Source: an uncultured Methanoregulaceae archaeon
GTDB taxonomy: Archaea; Halobacteriota; Methanomicrobia; Methanomicrobiales; Methanospirillaceae
NCBI GenBank assembly: GCA_963737635.1
Contig: CAVTTL010000001.1
Location: 256,001-320,000 of the forward strand
Length of the DNA: 64,000 nt
Reading direction: 5' to 3'
Position numbers and translations under genes: made by a program. Under the pieces are notes generated by a model. That model saw nothing but the letters and a program-made list of their open reading frames with translations. It was not told the DNA's origin and made no database searches. Positions within the stretch are counted from its first letter, which is position 1. Each line of letters opens with the position of its first letter. Shown here piece after piece: positions 63,701 through 64,000 of this stretch.

Positions 63701-64000
63701 AACTCCCCACCAGTTTCTCGACCCAGAGCGGCAGTACTTATACCTTCACCGCGACAACACCGGGCTTCTCGTACTTCGCCATCGCAGGCCGGGTTCCCTC
63801 AGCGGCAGCCGCCACACCGGCTACAACCACGTCATCCCTCCAGTCTGCTGCTCCGGGATCAGCTATACCGGTACCAACGACGACCTTCCTCTACCCGGTA
63901 AAAACACAACAGACGACCGCTATCCCGGTGGCCATGCAGGCATCTTCAGTGACCGCAAAACCGGCTGCGGCAAACGGATTGAATTCCCTGGTCATCATCG
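57787..64000 (+). CDS. Giant surface protein (>2070 aa, runs off window): PQQ-like propeller, multiple PKD, two uncharacterised domains, CBM-like domain, PGF-pre-PGF-like domain
   Basis: Same frame at spot checks 57787, 58981, 60001, 61021, 62041, 63961; SP.IG.DGT.Y.G repeats, W.FGDG repeats, NPGFETGDLTGW, WTELPT..TPGFSYFAI. Confidence 0.88.
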   Translation, partial: MKGMHSPLRAWLVVLLLCWVVIVVPVAATTGLANSAWPKIAHDIGDTGRSPYVGSQTNAVKWAYPTGEITASPVIGADGTIYVGDYNSRLYAISPNENLNWSYAAIAKSGGTGVTSATIGADGTIYFGDTTAASYLYAVNPDGTLKWEEPTKSSVVGAPVIGSDGTIYADSSTYIQAFYPNGTTKWNYNDGDDVVMGSLAIGPDGSLYFGDMSGTFFALKDSGTSATLKWSYSDGNSWEIDGAPAIGSDGTIYYADTNDGAGCLYALTDKGTSVSLKWSYSPGSTIYRGPAIGSDGTIYFGSDNGKLYALTDKGTTYSVKWSYSTGGAIRNTPAIGADGTLYFGNENGILYALTDAGTSATLKWQSSTLGSTGSELLSSPAIGPDGSVYIGTLSDGANYLYAFNGTLDFTANQMSGAAPLSVLFTGSSGVTPVSWNWNFGDGSTGTGQNPTHTYTSSGSYTVHLNMTDTTSTTYSAVKTAYIAVYSPPVAGFTSSAATGTRPLTVKFTDTSTNSPTSWSWNFGDGNTSSSQNPSHIYNSVGTYTVTLTATNLAGSNTTTQTGYISVGDTSPFIAFTASPRQGLAPLTVQFNDTSLYGPTTWSWNFGDGGTSSSQNPSHIYNSVGTYTVTLAATNAIGTNTSSQTGYITILSQAPISAGTNLYVSNDAGVKYDINGSSMTYIPNTYGLPMPGGMNSLHMSNVPSDTSGKVIQTTSQSGTFYYTFSGGQPTQQEGILMLAVNGTIPDDFSVNIRSSGDTWTLDTITNYQDYFSNSVAPSLYNYVQGALNETFTKSDFLYGPQSSKPNSIANYPIYNGENQSDPANQFQVMFIDLNSGIYTDPIKIEYSFNNLTSFAAFNVYGWYKRSNHGTGIITTNDVTSSGYLVTGISAAPVAGFTASTTSGYNLVPIQFTDTSANVPQSWSWDFGDGNTSTLQNPTHAYAVGGRTYTVTLTVTNIKGTSSTTQMVTITVPPVPVAGFTSSATSGASPLSVQFTDTTTNSPISWSWDFGDGTNSTVQNPVHWYAPGTYSVKLTATNGGGSNSVVKSNLITVTSNGLANQFRNPGFETGDLTGWTAGQLASVSSSKVHSGKYAVEFNGGSTDPTTIYVAQNVDLTNVNNISFWGYGGSTGDGTIQYFYIYIDGVQVQTSSITPTGWTQYIVPTLGYTGVHQVKVEFYNSGRGVDSYVDDFATGGTSGSSATAPFASFTATPVNGAAPVSVQFTDTSAYTPTSWLWDFGDGSTSTAENPSHTYTLPGTYPVNLTATNTGGSNSKVKTGLVYVAASTGPLSNYTGIYVRAANHDGILWDTVGNGTYYISPGTASGGFSAIHISTDPTVTAGQVTSSQNQSGTFYLTANSGTYEDEGIILLGVTGTIPDDFAAHITTSGYTWTPTGTAPASANYSYQSPALDQTFTKNDFFYGPQNWKPTQGNANYPLFYGQNMNSSANQNQLMFIDTRAGILGNSSLTNQGAVQVNYSFTDLPGTATFNVYGWRSGQGMEWTNDVTTGGTSSSGYTVSMTTPTVPPVAGFVANQTQGLAPFTARFRDTTTNTPTAWYWTFGDGSTSTSQNPAHTYTSTGTYSVTLTASNSAGSDQIAKTGYITVSAPVVKTDSFAIAGVQATTTSGTNQSVAINVTDATVSGNVVNVTCTGSAWSSLSITLASAPVTSGSNFTGTVSSVQAVTQPVTVPLASLGNPNVSVSLNLAQIPGSTAAITSTITSDPNTTVQSNFTLAATAASDQIVATAYTVTFTKSGIANAANGGIISSATITMAASPTWVAANGGTSAMVIMHQADDGTTTILTTQFAGTDASGNDVFTAVSPTGLSTFILTAISPLSSTSTGFTSGFGSSESGGSLNPTSFTLTAPGTGPGQTMNFAVNEALNGNLNYGISAVSIVPSKALGSTQLNVGDAGMAIASALTGRQIAGVVSIEPVGVNPSSIDHGTITFALNGAWLTTHSLTPADIVMLRDVNGQWTELPTSFSTQSGSTYTFTATTPGFSYFAIAGRVPSAAAATPATTTSSLQSAAPGSAIPVPTTTFLYPVKTQQTTAIPVAMQASSVTAKPAAANGLNSLVII

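Overview
Archaeal chromosome segment; gene content (HdrA-like protein, DGGGP synthase, Trm1, Tfx, PKD/PGF-pre-PGF surface proteins) fits a Methanomicrobiales-type methanogen (inference). 1-17.1 kb is housekeeping: ABC exporter plus TetR, nucleotide-sugar genes, pyrBI, coaD, hdrA-like, mtnA, DGGGP synthase, tRNA-Arg, trm1, DRG GTPase, tRNA-Glu. A decayed AT-rich island sits at the tRNA-Glu 3' end (about 17.1-24.9 kb, degenerate att copy at 24877-24894). It holds an integrase remnant, an FRG protein, a nucleotide-cyclase-like protein and a 2769-bp IS6-type element with passenger genes, 24-bp IRs and an 8-bp target duplication. Four TA pairs lie in and beside it. 26.2-39.5 kb is a cluster of secreted and surface proteins containing a 16-Cys halocin-C8-like precursor coupled to a 4-TM protein and a lipoprotein, a 390-bp direct repeat, and three copies of a palindromic operator next to a membrane-anchored winged-helix regulator. 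This candidate regulated archaeocin/secretome system is the best lead. Further right are a second ABC/TetR unit, a SPASM plus B12 radical-SAM pair (possible GMGT lipid synthase/methylase), small regulators, and Tfx divergent from a >2000-aa surface protein running off the window. Several single-base frameshifts in conserved genes look like sequencing errors.
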